Positions 51,724-64,000 of a stretch of 64,000 nucleotides of DNA are shown here, piece after piece (the stretch's first letter is position 1; every line of letters starts with the position of its first letter). Both the position numbers and the translations under genes were made by a program. The notes beneath the pieces are model-generated. The model did not search any database. It worked only from the letters and a program-made list of their open reading frames with translations, and had not been told where the DNA came from. Where the stretch lies: NCBI RefSeq assembly GCF_964355755.1, contig NC_092680.1, positions 1,240,001 through 1,304,000 on the forward strand, written 5' to 3'. The DNA comes from Antedon mediterranea (lineage: Eukaryota > Animalia > Echinodermata).

Positions 51724-52803
51724 TAAATGTTTGCTTTATATGGAGAAAATTGTCACTTAGTAAATTTGTTTTTTTATCGTAACAGAATTTGATTTATAAG
51801 ATGCCAGTAATGTTTTTTTGAAAATGATGTGAGAAATGTTTTTGCTTGTTGTATGTATTGTTAATGTTATGTCTTTGATTTTATTTCAAATCCATACATT
51901 TCATAATACAATACATAAAAACAGTCAAATGAACAAAATCAGAGAAAAAACAACGGAAAAACATTTATCCCAACCAAATTAATCCTAAAAAAAGAATTAC
52001 TGTAGTTTTCATTGCATTAAGTACAGGTTGTTAACAACATGGAGGTAAAACATTTACCTCCATGTTGTTAATATGGAATGAAGTAAAATAAATTAGAACA
52101 ATTTAATGTGTTTGCTCATATGACGTAATTTAAAGTCGAAATTGTTTAAAATTTGGTAACATTACTAGAAAAGGCTGAAAAAACATAAATCACGCGAAAA
52201 AAATATGTTTTTAACGCTACGTGTGCACCGCGTGCGTAAAAATTTTCGCGCGCGTGGGAATTTTTGACATTTTATTCTAAATGATCACCTAACAATTTGA
52301 AAAAAAAAATGTCTGTATTAAAACTTTCACCTGTATTTCTTCAACATATAAATAGACACCAGAATAGTGTGTTCACACATGAATTGTTTTCTAAACCAAC
52401 TGGATTAATATTGAAATTACACATGTCTATGCTGAAACACAGTAATGTTTATTGACAGCAGGCACACTTATGTGTCAAAGGTCATAGACAAGGAAATGAT
52501 GCCTTTCCTGAGTAGTCTGATCACCTAGCCAATGTGATCCCTCTGATGAAGTTGAACTCTGTTAGAATTAACTGATGTAAGCGCGAGTGCTTAGTTGTTA
52601 GCTCCAGTGCTTAGTTATCATTGCACATACAAACTAGTAATATTATCAGCAATACTGATTATTTTTCTGCAGCGTAGTAAGTATAAGCAGAGTTTTTTTT
52701 TTTATTTATCCTAACTGGTGATTATTAGTAATTTACAGGTCTTAATGTTGTAAAAATATAATTGAGGTAATGTTAATTGGATTTTGTTAAACAATATTAA
52801 GAT

Positions 52804-52852
52804 CATGGAGCTATAAATTAACTTAAATTAAATTCTAATTAATAGCTCCATC
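52804..52852. mobile_element. 49-bp micro-element with CATGGAG/CTCCATC termini and 7-bp TSD
   Basis: TTAAGAT|CATGGAGCTA...TAGCTCCATC|TTAAGAT. Confidence 0.6.
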
Positions 52853-53157
52853 TTAAGATGTTTTATAACTAAAACTTATGTTTAGAAATTAAAGCTAACT
52901 GCAAATGCCATGCACATTTTTATAATTAAATTGTCTTTAAACTAACCATAGAATAATATGTCAATTTCAAACTTTATCACAAAGTAATGATAAACGATAA
53001 ACTGTACTGTATTAACATTGTTGTTGTCAAAAATATGAATGCAATTTTATTTTAAAGATTCGCAACAACTTTGTTGTGTATTTGTGTTATTGTTTTTCTC
53101 TGGTCACAAAAAAAATGTTGTTTTTCCAGGTAATCTCCGTGGACTTCTGATATCAAA

Positions 53158-56100
53158 ATGGATACTGGTAAATAACATGATGTTATATTAATTATATAAT
53201 AAAATGTATAGAATACAGTACATAACATTTAATAAATTATGAAATTATTATTCATCAGAAAAGAAAAAATATTTTTAATTATTATTTTAATTTACATTGC
53301 AATACAACATTTTTCAAATGAGACATTAATTCATTTTCATTTATTCTTTATTTCGTAATCAAATGTACATATACAGTATAAATATGCATATGTTTAAGAA
53401 CACGAAAGAACCTTGAAAACAAAATGGAAAATATGTCTTCTGGTCCACTGCACGATTCATAAGGACTATGAGCAACACTACAGATTCTTTTCTATCAAGG
53501 ACTTTATTATCATAATTTTATCACACTTTAAAATCAATTAGACAGGTAATTAGTTCTATGTGCAACACTTGAAAACATATTGGAACATGCACTTTAGGCG
53601 AGTCCTTTTCTACATTAACTGTTATCATCATAAAACGGATGCATCCGGGATAGAGAGTTCATAATTATGTATTAAATTAACACAATTTATGTGTACAATA
53701 TGACGTGCTCTAATCTCTTGATACTGCTCCACCTGAAATATAAATGAAAAAGATTTTTTGCTTTTTACAATTTTGATGATGGTTGGTGGTGATTTTTATT
53801 ATTACACTTAGTTTTGACAGTGCTGTATATCACTTTTCAAGAATTTATTAAATATTTTAAAAAAATGCATATTATCCTACTAAAATAATTTTGTATAGAT
53901 ATAACCTTGTTTTTTGTATATCAATGCATCCCCATATTTTTTGTCTAGTGACCTTTAAAAAAGAGCATTTGATTATTAACAATAGAATAACGATAGAAAT
54001 TGTAGATTGTTTGATTAGTGCAAGCGAACGATACACTTTATTGCACTCTTAAAAAGACAGATTCCAGTTCATGACTTGGACACAAGCGTCATTTTTGTTT
54101 GTCATTTTACATTTGAATGTGTACATTGGCCACAGTTATTATAAGTTTGTTTCCATTCAATGCATTTATTCCATGCTTCCATTCAGTGTCTGTACCAATA
54201 CACAGTAGCCTTTTAAACTATTTGATAGATTTGCATTTCATTTTCAAACAGTTAGTAATGCACTCTACTTTTCTCTGTTACCGTTAGCTCTTTTTTTGTC
54301 TTTGTCCACCATATTCCAGAATCCACACTCATAGATGGGCACCATATTCCAGAATCCACACTCATGGATGGGCACCATATTCCAGAATCCACACTCATGG
54401 ATGGGCACCATATTCCAGAATCCACACTCATAAATGGGCACCATATTCCAGAATCCACACTCATGGATGGGCACCATATTCCCGAATCCACACTCATGGA
54501 TGGGCACCATATCCCAGAATCCACAATCCACACTCATAAATGGGCACTATATTCCAGAATCCACACTCATGGATGGGCACCATATTCCAGAATCCACACT
54601 CATGGATGGGCACCATATTCCAGAATCCACACTCATGGATGGCCACCATATTCCAGAATCCACACTCATAAATGGCCACCATATTCCAGAATCCACACTC
54701 ATAGATGGGCACCATATTCCAGAATCCACACTCATAAATGGGCACCATATTCCAGAATCCACACTCATAAATGGGCACCATATTCCAGAATCCACACTCA
54801 TGGATGGGCACCATATTCCAGAATCCACACTCATGGATGGCCACCATATTCCAGAATCCACACTCATGGATGGCCACCATATTCCAGAATCCACACTCAT
54901 AAATGGGCACCATATTCCAGAATCCACACTCATGGATGGGCACCATATTCCAGAATCCACACTCATGGATGGGCACCATATTCCAGAATCCACACTCATG
55001 GATGGGCACCATATTCCAGAATCCACACTCATGGATGGGCACCATATTCCAGAATCCACACTCATGGATGGGCACCATATTCCAGAATCCACACGCATGG
55101 ATGGGCACCATATTCCAGAATCCACACTCATGGATGGGCACCATATTCCAGAATCCACACTCATGGATGGGCACCATATTCCAGAATCCACACTCATGGA
55201 TGGCCACCATATTCCAGAATCCACACTCATGGATGGCCACCATATTCCAGAATCCACACTCATGGATGGCCACCATATTCCAGAATCCACACTCATAAAT
55301 GGGCACCATATCCCAGAATCCACAATCCACACTCATAAATGGGCACTATATTCCAGAATCCACACTCATGGATGGGCACCATATTCCAGAATCCACACTC
55401 ATGGATGGGCACCATATTCCAGAATCCACACTCATGGATGGCCACCATATTCCAGAATCCACACTCATAAATGGCCACCATATTCCAGAATCCACACTCA
55501 TAGATGGGCACCATATTCCAGAATCCACACTCATAAATGGGCACCATATTCCAGAATCCACACTCATAAATGGGCACCATATTCCAGAATCCACACTCAT
55601 GGATGGGCACCATATTCCAGAATCCACACTCATGGATGGCCACCATATTCCAGAATCCACACTCATGGATGGCCACCATATTCCAGAATCCACACTCATA
55701 AATGGGCACCATATTCCAGAATCCACACTCATGGATGGGCACCATATTCCAGAATCCACACTCATGGATGGGCACCATATTCCAGAATCCACACTCATGG
55801 ATGGGCACCATATTCCAGAATCCACACTCATGGATGGGCACCATATTCCAGAATCCACACTCATGGATGGGCACCATATTCCAGAATCCACACTCATGGA
55901 TGGGCACCATATTCCAGAATCCACACTCATGGATGGGCACCATATTCCAGAATCCACACTCATGGATGGGCACCATATTCCAGAATCCACACTCATGGAT
56001 GGCCACCATATTCCAGAATCCACACTCATGGATGGCCACCATATTCCAGAATCCACACTCATGGATGGCCACCATATTCCAGAATCCACACTCATAAATG

Positions 56101-59100
56101 GGCACCATATTTCAAAATACTCGTTCACCAAATAATTTATAGTTAATGAATTGTGATAATAGTATCATTGCATATCTGCAGTGTGTCTATTGTGAGACAG
56201 TATTCACATACATGAATAATGTTCATTTATTTATTATAAACTAATATATAAATAACCTGTTCATATGTTAACAAATGAACATCTGTGATAACATTTTGCA
56301 ATTCCTTTAAATTTCTCACTCTTGTTTTCAGTGAACCTGCTTTCTTCGGAGTATATTATGGAGGACGATTACCGTGAAAATATTAATGGATTTTCTGAGC
56401 ACAATTTTGATATACAGGAGGATTGTGAAGAAATGAACCCAGTACACAAACCTAGAAAATCAAAGATGACCCCGCATCTTCTACTAGCAACGTTAATGGC
56501 TGCTCTGGGGGGAGTGCTCTTTGGCTACGACATAGGTATGTTCATTTTCTTAGCATCAATTTTAAAACTGTAAATGATTACTAAAGGCCAATTTACACAG
56601 ATGAGCGGTAATGGTAATATAAAATCTATGTTATTTCTTATGACCATTTACTGTACACACAACAGGGAGCGAAAGGGCGGTTTCCTCTCAAGATAGATAT
56701 AGATTTCTACTTGGAACTTGTTCTCCGCTTAACGCTACAGCTCGTCTGTGTCAATTGGCCTTAATGTTTATAAATGTTTTCATAACAAAACAAATTTACC
56801 TTTAATATCTATTTTGCTTAGTTGAATAGTTTAAACATTAATAAAATATCATATTTTTATATTATTTATGTATCATACTTTTTATATTATTTATTTAGGT
56901 ATTATCGCTGGAGCCATGTTACAGTTACGTGAGGAATTCTCCCTTAGTGATTTACAACAAGAGGTTGTGATTAGTGCTATGCTGTTAGGGGCTGTGTTTG
57001 GATCATTGTTAGGTGGTACGTAAAAAATATAATATGTTGATGTTGTATAGCGTTTACCTGTAAGCGCTTCACATTATTATCCTGGTCATTTGATCACATT
57101 ATTACCCTGGTCATTTGATCAAACATGTGTGGAACACATACTGTACTCTACTAGTTCTAATGATGTTGTAGTCAGCACAGTTGTGTTCAACTTTACCAAA
57201 GGACAAGAATGCAATAAGCGTTGGTTTTAAAGACTAATGCACTGTGCACTAATGCACTGTGCACTAATGCACTGTGCCACACACTGATATTATGATAGTT
57301 ATTGTTATCCTTACACTAGTGATAACTTGTTTTTTATAAAATGATTATTTTGGTTCAACCCTAGCGAGTTAAACATATCAAACAACAAATTTAATTTTAA
57401 ATTTTTTTACATTTTTTATTTTTTTATAAAATGATTATTTTGGTTCAACCCTAGCGAGTTAAATATATCAAATAACAAATTTTTTATTTTTTATTTTTTA
57501 TAAAATGATTATTTTGGTTCAATCCTAGCGAGTTAAACATATCAAATAACAAATTTAATTTTGTATTTTTTTAAAATTTATATTTTTTATGTTTAATGTT
57601 TATAAATACAGTATTAGACATTTTCAACGGACAAACTATAAACATTTTAATTAAATGAACAGCTTATTCTACTGTGATTCCCTATAACAACATTTATTCA
57701 GGTATGATTATTATAAATGACATCAAATATGGTTTTATTATTAGATCATCCAAAACCACTTAGAACTCATATTACATGACGGTAATTAAAGCAAGTTGAG
57801 ATACTAAAAGTGTTGTTGATGATTGTTGCATTAACAGCACTCCCAAGAGAAATTTAGCCTGTGTTTATTTGAAACCATATGTTTATGGTATTAAATTGGT
57901 TAAAATATTACTTTAGATATTTACATCATTTAAATTCCCAGGATAGTTAAAGTAAATGATTTTGATATATTGTTTATGCTGTATCAAAACTGTTTGATAG
58001 TTTGATACGATATTATATCATCCATGCCCGATTAGATATTGTGCAGGCCATTGAGGAGGAAAGTTTATAAAATATATCTAAAAGTATCTAGTATTTTGTG
58101 TTAAAGAGATATTGTCCCCCTAAAAAAAATGTTTTCACATTTTGGTTGAATATGCTTTTAATGTCACCTAATAGACCAAAAACTGATCCAAATAAAAATA
58201 TTTACCTTAAAAAATGTGTCTGTCAGACAATGGTTTTTAGTTTAAATTGACTGTCTCTTTTGTCTTTTTGTGAAATCATTTTTTTTTATAGAAGTGAAGG
58301 CAATAAATCTTTAAACAAATATGTATACTCTCTTTGTGCCTCTACAAAAGTATTTGTGTACTTGTCTGTATTTGATTATTTGTATATAAGCTTCTTTTTT
58401 TTTCTTGTAGGTTTCATAATTGATTCCTTTGGCAGAAGATACTCTCTAATCCTCAACTCATTTGTGTTCACTGCTGGTGGTGTGATTCTCACCTGTGCTA
58501 CTTCCTTTACAGCTTTGGTAAGACTTTACAAGCTACTAAACTAATGCAATGATTTTAAACTAAACCCTCATCTGAAGGTCAAGAGGTTTTATTATTAATT
58601 TTATCATATGATTTGTATACTGTTTACTATTATTTTATTCATAATTTAACTAGTCAAATAAATTCAGTAATACCTCAACAAAATGTTTGTATAAAAGTTT
58701 AGAGTTACTGTAAAAAATGTGAGTTGTATTGTAAGATTAAGCTGTATAGTAAATATCCTTTGCTTTGTGTAAAATTACTTTATCAAAGCCCATTTTAATA
58801 CTTGATGAAATCGGTATGGTTGCAGTATCTAGCAACTACGGTATATAAATTGAAAGGCAAATTACTGAAAATTCAAAATTTAGTAGTCTGTATCTCAATG
58901 TGCATACTAGTGGCTACAGTGACTACAATGTTGTCTGTTGGCAGCAAAATGAATATCATGTGTCTCTACTGCAGTTACGTCACAGCTGGTGTGGAGTACA
59001 CCTCGTCCTTATTGTAGGCACAATTTGTAATTGTAATCAATCAACGGCTTTGTTTAAATTCTACTACTCTAGTTATGAAGCAACCTTATACGGCTCAAAA

Positions 59101-62100
59101 GCATTTCAAGAAAAATCATGACAAAATTATAACTTGCTGTGTGTATCTATATCAATTTAAAGTTAATGTGACTTGCTTGACTGTGTATGCCACCTGGGAT
59201 GGATCTAAGGTTTTTTAACTAGGGAGCACCAACATATTTTGTCAAAAATAGATATAGACAAGTAGTTCATAATTTTATTTTAGCTGTCAAAGGGAGAGCC
59301 TATAACCCTAGTGGCCCCTGGATCCCCCCATGCTTAATACATTTTTTATTTATAATTTAATAAAATTATTTAAATAAATCCTTTATATTCTTCTGAACAT
59401 TTTTCTATAGAATATAGGGCGTGTAATTGTAGGATTTGCAGTGTCTCTATCAGCAATTGGTGAATGTATTTACATATCTGAAGTGTCCCCATCTGTAAGT
59501 ATTTAAAAAAAAAACAATTATGTTGCTAAAAATCGTTTATATTTCAAATTAACCATTAATTCCATGATAAAGCATACTGTAGTAGCATTTAGTGATCGTC
59601 ATATTTTCTAAATTAATTTTTTTATATAATATTAATATTGTCTTTACATAATGTATTTTATCTTGTTTTAAATGTTCTTTTAAATATTGTTATATTTTTG
59701 TAGGGTTTGTGGACACTTTCGTGTTATGGAGCATTGTTGCTGTGGCAACGCCTTCACTGATTGTGTCAAATAAATAAATGAAAAATTAAATTAAATTAAA
59801 TAATTGCACACTCTGTAGTGGCAAAGGTGCAGTGTACATGTACTGTATATAATTTAGTTATTTTCCATTTTGTGATAATTCTTTTTTATTTGTACTGTAG
59901 AAAAGAATAAAAAAGATTTGATTGAAATAGACAGTGATACCAATACATAATTATGGTTCTGTTTCATTTCAGGATCGTCGAGGTCAGTTGGTCTCACTGA
60001 ATGAATTGGGCATTACTATTGGAATTTTACTAGCATATCTTATCAACTACTTTTTTATTTCTGTTGAAAATGGATGGTAAATATAATATACACTAGCTCT
60101 TTCATAGTTATTTGAACTTTAAAAAAAAATATGTTAATTGTTATTATTGATTTTTTTAGTGTAGTCGTAATGTATCTACAATTTGGGGCTGTGTGTGTAG
60201 CCAGGAAGATTGAAATAAAAACTAATCATTTTAAATCTAATTTCAGGCGTTTTATGTTTGGTATTTCCATAATACCAGCCATTATACAAGGATGTGGCAT
60301 GGTAATACTACCCTCAAGTCCTCGTTACTTAATCAAGCGTGGCAAAGTTGAAGAAGCCGTCCGTGTACTTAAATTGTTGCGCGGTGAACATGATGTAAGC
60401 GATGAAATTAACGGAATGAAAGCTGGTTTGGCCATTGAGGACGTAAGTCAAATATCACAACTTCCAGGTGTAGGTTATCTAGTAGCCAAGTAAAACTGTT
60501 AATGGGTCTATGCAGCCTACCATAATTTGCCTCTATTTTATATATTTCTTTAAATTTAAATATATTTTTTCTCCACCACAGGGCTACTCATTGGCTGATT
60601 TGTTCAAACCAAAAGCCAATATGCGTATCCGTATGGTCATTGGTGGAGGTCTTGTATTTTTACAACAGGTAAACAAAAGCTTTTTTTTTTACTCTAAAGC
60701 TCTGTCTACACTATCAAAGTGTGATATGCCCAAATATGGTAGCAATATGGCCAAATATGGTATTGTTAGTAATATGACATCATCGTGTCCATATATGGGC
60801 ACATCACATGTTTTGTCACATAAAGTTTGATAGTGTAGACAGAGCTTAAGGGGTTACATAGTGCAATTGCAAGTATAAATGCTTGAATTATGCAATTGCA
60901 GCATGTAACCCCTTAAGCTCTGTCTACACCATCAAACTTTATGTGACAAAAACATGTGATGTGCCCATATATGGACACGATGATGTCATATGACTACCAA
61001 TACCGTTTTTATTTTGCTTATACATTTTGTAATACATACAGTAAACACTGATATGAAAATGAAAAATTTTGTCAGTTATTTTCTTTTTTACTCACAGATC
61101 ACAGGTCAAACAAATGTAGTTTACTACGCTCCAACCGTACTCCAAGGAATCGGTTTTGAAAGCAATGTGGCAGCATCTACAGCCACGGTCGGCATTGGTT
61201 TTACCAAATTCCTGTCTACTGCCCTCTGTCTTTTAATCGTTGATTATATTGGAAGGCGTAAGTTGCTTTTGTCTGGCGTGACGTGTATGATGTTTTCAAT
61301 TGTGATTCTTGGTGTAACTACTAAAGTAAGTTTTTAATCTATTCTTCAATAACTTAAATATAACTCAATACTGCAATTTAAAGCAAAAAGTAGTCAAATT
61401 GGCTGCCAGCCAATGAGTTTTTGGTTGGATTTAACTGTTTATTTTGTCATTTTATAAGTTAAAACCTAATTTTTTTTTCTACGGAAGTGATTAAATTTGT
61501 TTAAAACTACAAAATGGCCTATTCAAAGTCTGATTTTATTAATCTTCATTTTTCATGTTTTTGGGGGACATCTTTAATAATTGTTTACACTATTTGTTTA
61601 AAGTGTATGATATTGAGTTTTATTGTAATTAAAGAACTATAAACGTACTAATAATTGACTTTATTTCAGATAAGCCATAAAACAGAAACGCTCAACTCAA
61701 CCATAATAGATATAGACACAGACATCAATGTTACAAGTACTCCATTTGAATCGACTGACATGACCTCACTTTATCAGAGTTCAAATTTGACATGGGATGA
61801 GTCATCAGACTCTAACACAGCAGCTAAAGTAATCTCATTGGTGTCACTTATGATGTTTGTGTCTGCTTATGCATTTAGCTTTGGCCCAGGTAAACAAAAT
61901 GCATTATATGTTATGAATAGGTAAAAGCATCAGACAATGTCAGTTGAAATTAATATGCATAATTGTTACTTAATTACAAAAAAAAGTCTTTTATGCTAGT
62001 GATTGGGTCAAATGGCCAAGTAGGGATGTGAAAACCATAATCATAAAGTCAGTGAATATTTAGTAAACTGACCAGCAGAAATTCAGATATAGTGCGACCA

Positions 62101-62849
62101 ACTTTCATCAATCAAAACTGTAGTAATTTCCATCTTCTCCGCTAATACTTATGGTTTTTTATTTTGTAGTTACATGGTTATTGCTAACCGAAATCTACCC
62201 ACTCGGTGTTCGTGGAAGAGCGACCTCACTGGCGACGACATTGAACTGGGGAACAAATATGGTGTTGTCACTTACATTCCTAAATCTCATGAGTTAGTTA
62301 AATTTGTTTTGCTTTATTTTAAAAGAATTATTAAAAGTTATTTAGACAGGAGACATTTAAGGCAGGGCACAATAAACTGACATTAATTAATCAGCTAGGC
62401 TTTGCAATTTATTTGTTTGTATGGTCGAACAAGACTTCTTGGATAAAGATTATATACAATAATAATAATTATATGTATTTCAACAAAGAATTATCTGGCA
62501 TGGATTTGATCAGTTAACATTTTACTGATGATGAATAAAAGACGTCATCTCTAAAAAAAAATCTCAATGTTGAATAGGAATGGAATAATCTTGGTTCTGA
62601 CAATCAGTCATCCATTACCCTACAATCATTTACACAGAGAAGAACAACTATGAGGTGACATATACCTAAGTAGTTAAATAAAGTTATAATAAATTCGGAC
62701 GTAAATTTTGTTTTAGATGCTATAGGTATTGCAACGTTATTCTTGGTGTACGGTGCATTCTGTCTGGTTGCCATACTCTTTATATATGTAGCTGTTCCAG
62801 AAACTAAAAACAAGACATTAGAAGAAATATCAAAAGATTTAAGTGAAAG
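53158..62849 (+). CDS. SLC2A10/12-like: Class III facilitative glucose transporter (GLUT10/GLUT12-like, MFS sugar porter); final exon uncertain
   Basis: Phase-compatible exons: 53158-53167, 56332-56535, 56899-57015, 58411-58517, 59411-59494, 59973-60076, 60247-60442, 60582-60668, 61098-61325, 61670-61889, 62170-62292, 62717-62849. Motifs: [97 protein letters not shown] large N-glycosylated loop (NST/NVT/NLT) lies between TM9 and TM10. The next acceptor at 62994 would give R-Y-stop, but the true last exon may lie beyond the window. Confidence 0.93.
54307..56111. repeat. 33-bp minisatellite, about 54 copies, in an SLC2A intron
   Basis: Unit CACCATATTCCAGAATCCACACTCATGGATGGG with TAAA/TAGA/GGCC variants and two 7-bp insertions 799 bp apart. 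Confidence 0.98.
56585..56761. mobile_element. MITE with TAA TSD (PIF/Harbinger-like)
   Basis: TAA|AGGCCAATTTACACAGATGAGC...GCTCGTCTGTGTCAATTGGCCT|TAA. Confidence 0.8.
57330..57570. repeat. Three-copy tandem duplication of about 75-90 bp
   Basis: TTTTTATAAAATGATTATTTTGGTTCAA.CCTAGCGAGTTAAA.ATATCAAA.AACAAATTT occurs three times. A separate 15-bp ACTAATGCACTGTGC x3 lies at about 57233-57277. Confidence 0.9.
58105..58310. mobile_element. Degenerate Kolobok-like element related to 782-1325
   Basis: TTAA|AGAGATATTGTCCC...GGCAATAAATCT|TTAA resembles the AGATGTATTGTCCCT TIR. Confidence 0.5.
60698..60846. mobile_element. MITE family B copy with TAA TSD, followed by an inverted partial duplicate (60916-61004)
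   Basis: TAA|AGCTCTGTCTACACTATCAAA...TTTGATAGTGTAGACAGAGCT|TAA. Confidence 0.85.
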
Positions 62850-63616
62850 GTTTGTTTTTTTGCTTTTAGAACAAAAATAAATTAAAATGTTCAATAAATT
62901 GTCCAGATTTACCTATACTACATTGTAGACATTGAAACATTGTAAAAATTGTCTTGCTGCTATTTTTTACACAGTTTTACATATTTTTGTACAGATATTA
63001 ACTTTACCGCATACAAAGACATAGAAAAATCTGCCTTATTTACAATTTGTACGCAGTTCGTCAATTTTAGTTCTTCTACTACGCCTTTAAATCTGCCTTG
63101 AAAACTCATCTTTTTCTTTCAAATTGAGCTTTCTCATACGCCTTTGATCACTTACTGCTGGAATTGGCGCATTACAAATTCATATTATTATTATTATTAT
63201 TTACCTCTGTTACTTTGCTCACATGACAGTGCTTGGTAAACAGATACCAAGGGTCAACCAACAAATATAAATTGATAACACTATATCACTCTTCCTTTGG
63301 TACACTGTACATATTCTAGGAGGTATTGCTGTAGTGGTTCTTTTGATTCTACGTATATGAATTTGGACAATGATTAAAGGAGAATGTAAATTGTTATGTT
63401 ACTACTAACTTTAAATACATTAATTTTCCCTTTTTGTTTCTTTTTTACTATTTATATTTGGTTCTTTTTATTCTTTTTTTTTATGTTTATACTTTGCTTT
63501 GTTGCATTGTTTTCTTTGTTCATCTTTTTAATTTAATTTGTTTTCTGTTCATAATTTTGTTTATTGTGCCAATATTATTGCCAAGTGCGGATAAACCCTT
63601 GTTATTGTCAGGATCT

Positions 63617-64000
63617 TTTTTTTAGGCTATCGCTCTCTGTAGAGCGATAGCCTATTGTTATTGTCACAAATTTCATTTTTTCGGCTCAATTTTTGTGTCA
63701 CGCAGATCTCAAAAACGGCGGTAGCAGTTATGTTGTAACTTGGCCAGCAGATGCACGTATATATGTAGTTGTGCAACAAACTTTGGTTTAATGAAAATAT
63801 GGTCGCGTAGCGTAACTACGCGCGATTTTCTGAAATTCTTAGATTGACTATAACTTGAAAACCAATAGCTATTTTTAAATACCACTTGACACACGTATGC
63901 TTCATGTCAAGGGTCATCTTCCTGTATCATCAGCAAAATTTTGAACATTGGTCAAATCGTGCGTACGCGCGCTTTGAAAGTTAAAAATGCTCAAAATCAA
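63617..64000 (+). mobile_element. Probable 5' part of a Helentron/HINE-like element running out of the window
   Basis: A T-run is followed directly by the perfect hairpin AGGCTATCGCTCT-CTGT-AGAGCGATAGCCT (about 63625-63654), then TATTGTTATT; the right end is not visible. Confidence 0.45.

Noticed and set aside
54307-56111. CRISPR-like appearance of the 33-bp repeats
   Set aside because: Units are directly adjacent with no unique spacers, there are no cas genes, and the context is eukaryotic.
54252-56146. Long ORFs (up to 570 aa) of 11-aa repeats on both strands
   Set aside because: By-product of a 33-bp unit that lacks stops in most frames; the 7-bp insertions shift frame and the array lies within an SLC2A intron.
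62604-62894. 96-aa minus-strand ORF
   Set aside because: Antisense shadow of SLC2A exon 62717-62849.
62995-63001. Candidate final SLC2A exon (R-Y-stop)
   Set aside because: Not accepted as certain: it gives an unusually short C-terminal tail for GLUT10/12, and the real exon may lie beyond the window.

Overview
AT-rich eukaryotic (animal) genomic DNA with short GT-AG introns. An invertebrate deuterostome such as an echinoderm is my guess, not something the sequence proves. Four multi-exon genes could be reconstructed by hand: (1) an NXPE-family gene (+, 1771-4813, 546 aa); (2) an intact OAS-fold gene (-, 9003-6794, 324 aa) whose catalytic Asp triad is replaced, making it a probable pseudoenzyme; (3) a very large MACF1/dystonin-related gene (-, about 66 exons, 49492-16254, roughly 4,800 aa) with no visible actin-binding, SH3, EF-hand or GAS2 domain and a rod built from four tandem copies of an 11-exon cassette; (4) a class III GLUT gene (SLC2A10/12-like, +, 53158 to about 62849) lying head-to-head with gene 3. 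Introns and intergenic DNA hold LINE 3' fragments, PIF/Harbinger-, Kolobok- and Helentron-type non-autonomous elements, 27-49 bp CATGGAG...CTCCATG micro-elements (two with 7-bp TSDs), long near-perfect hairpins, and two minisatellites (48 bp, and 33 bp with a 799-bp higher-order duplication). No database search or transcript data was available; all exon chains are manual predictions.
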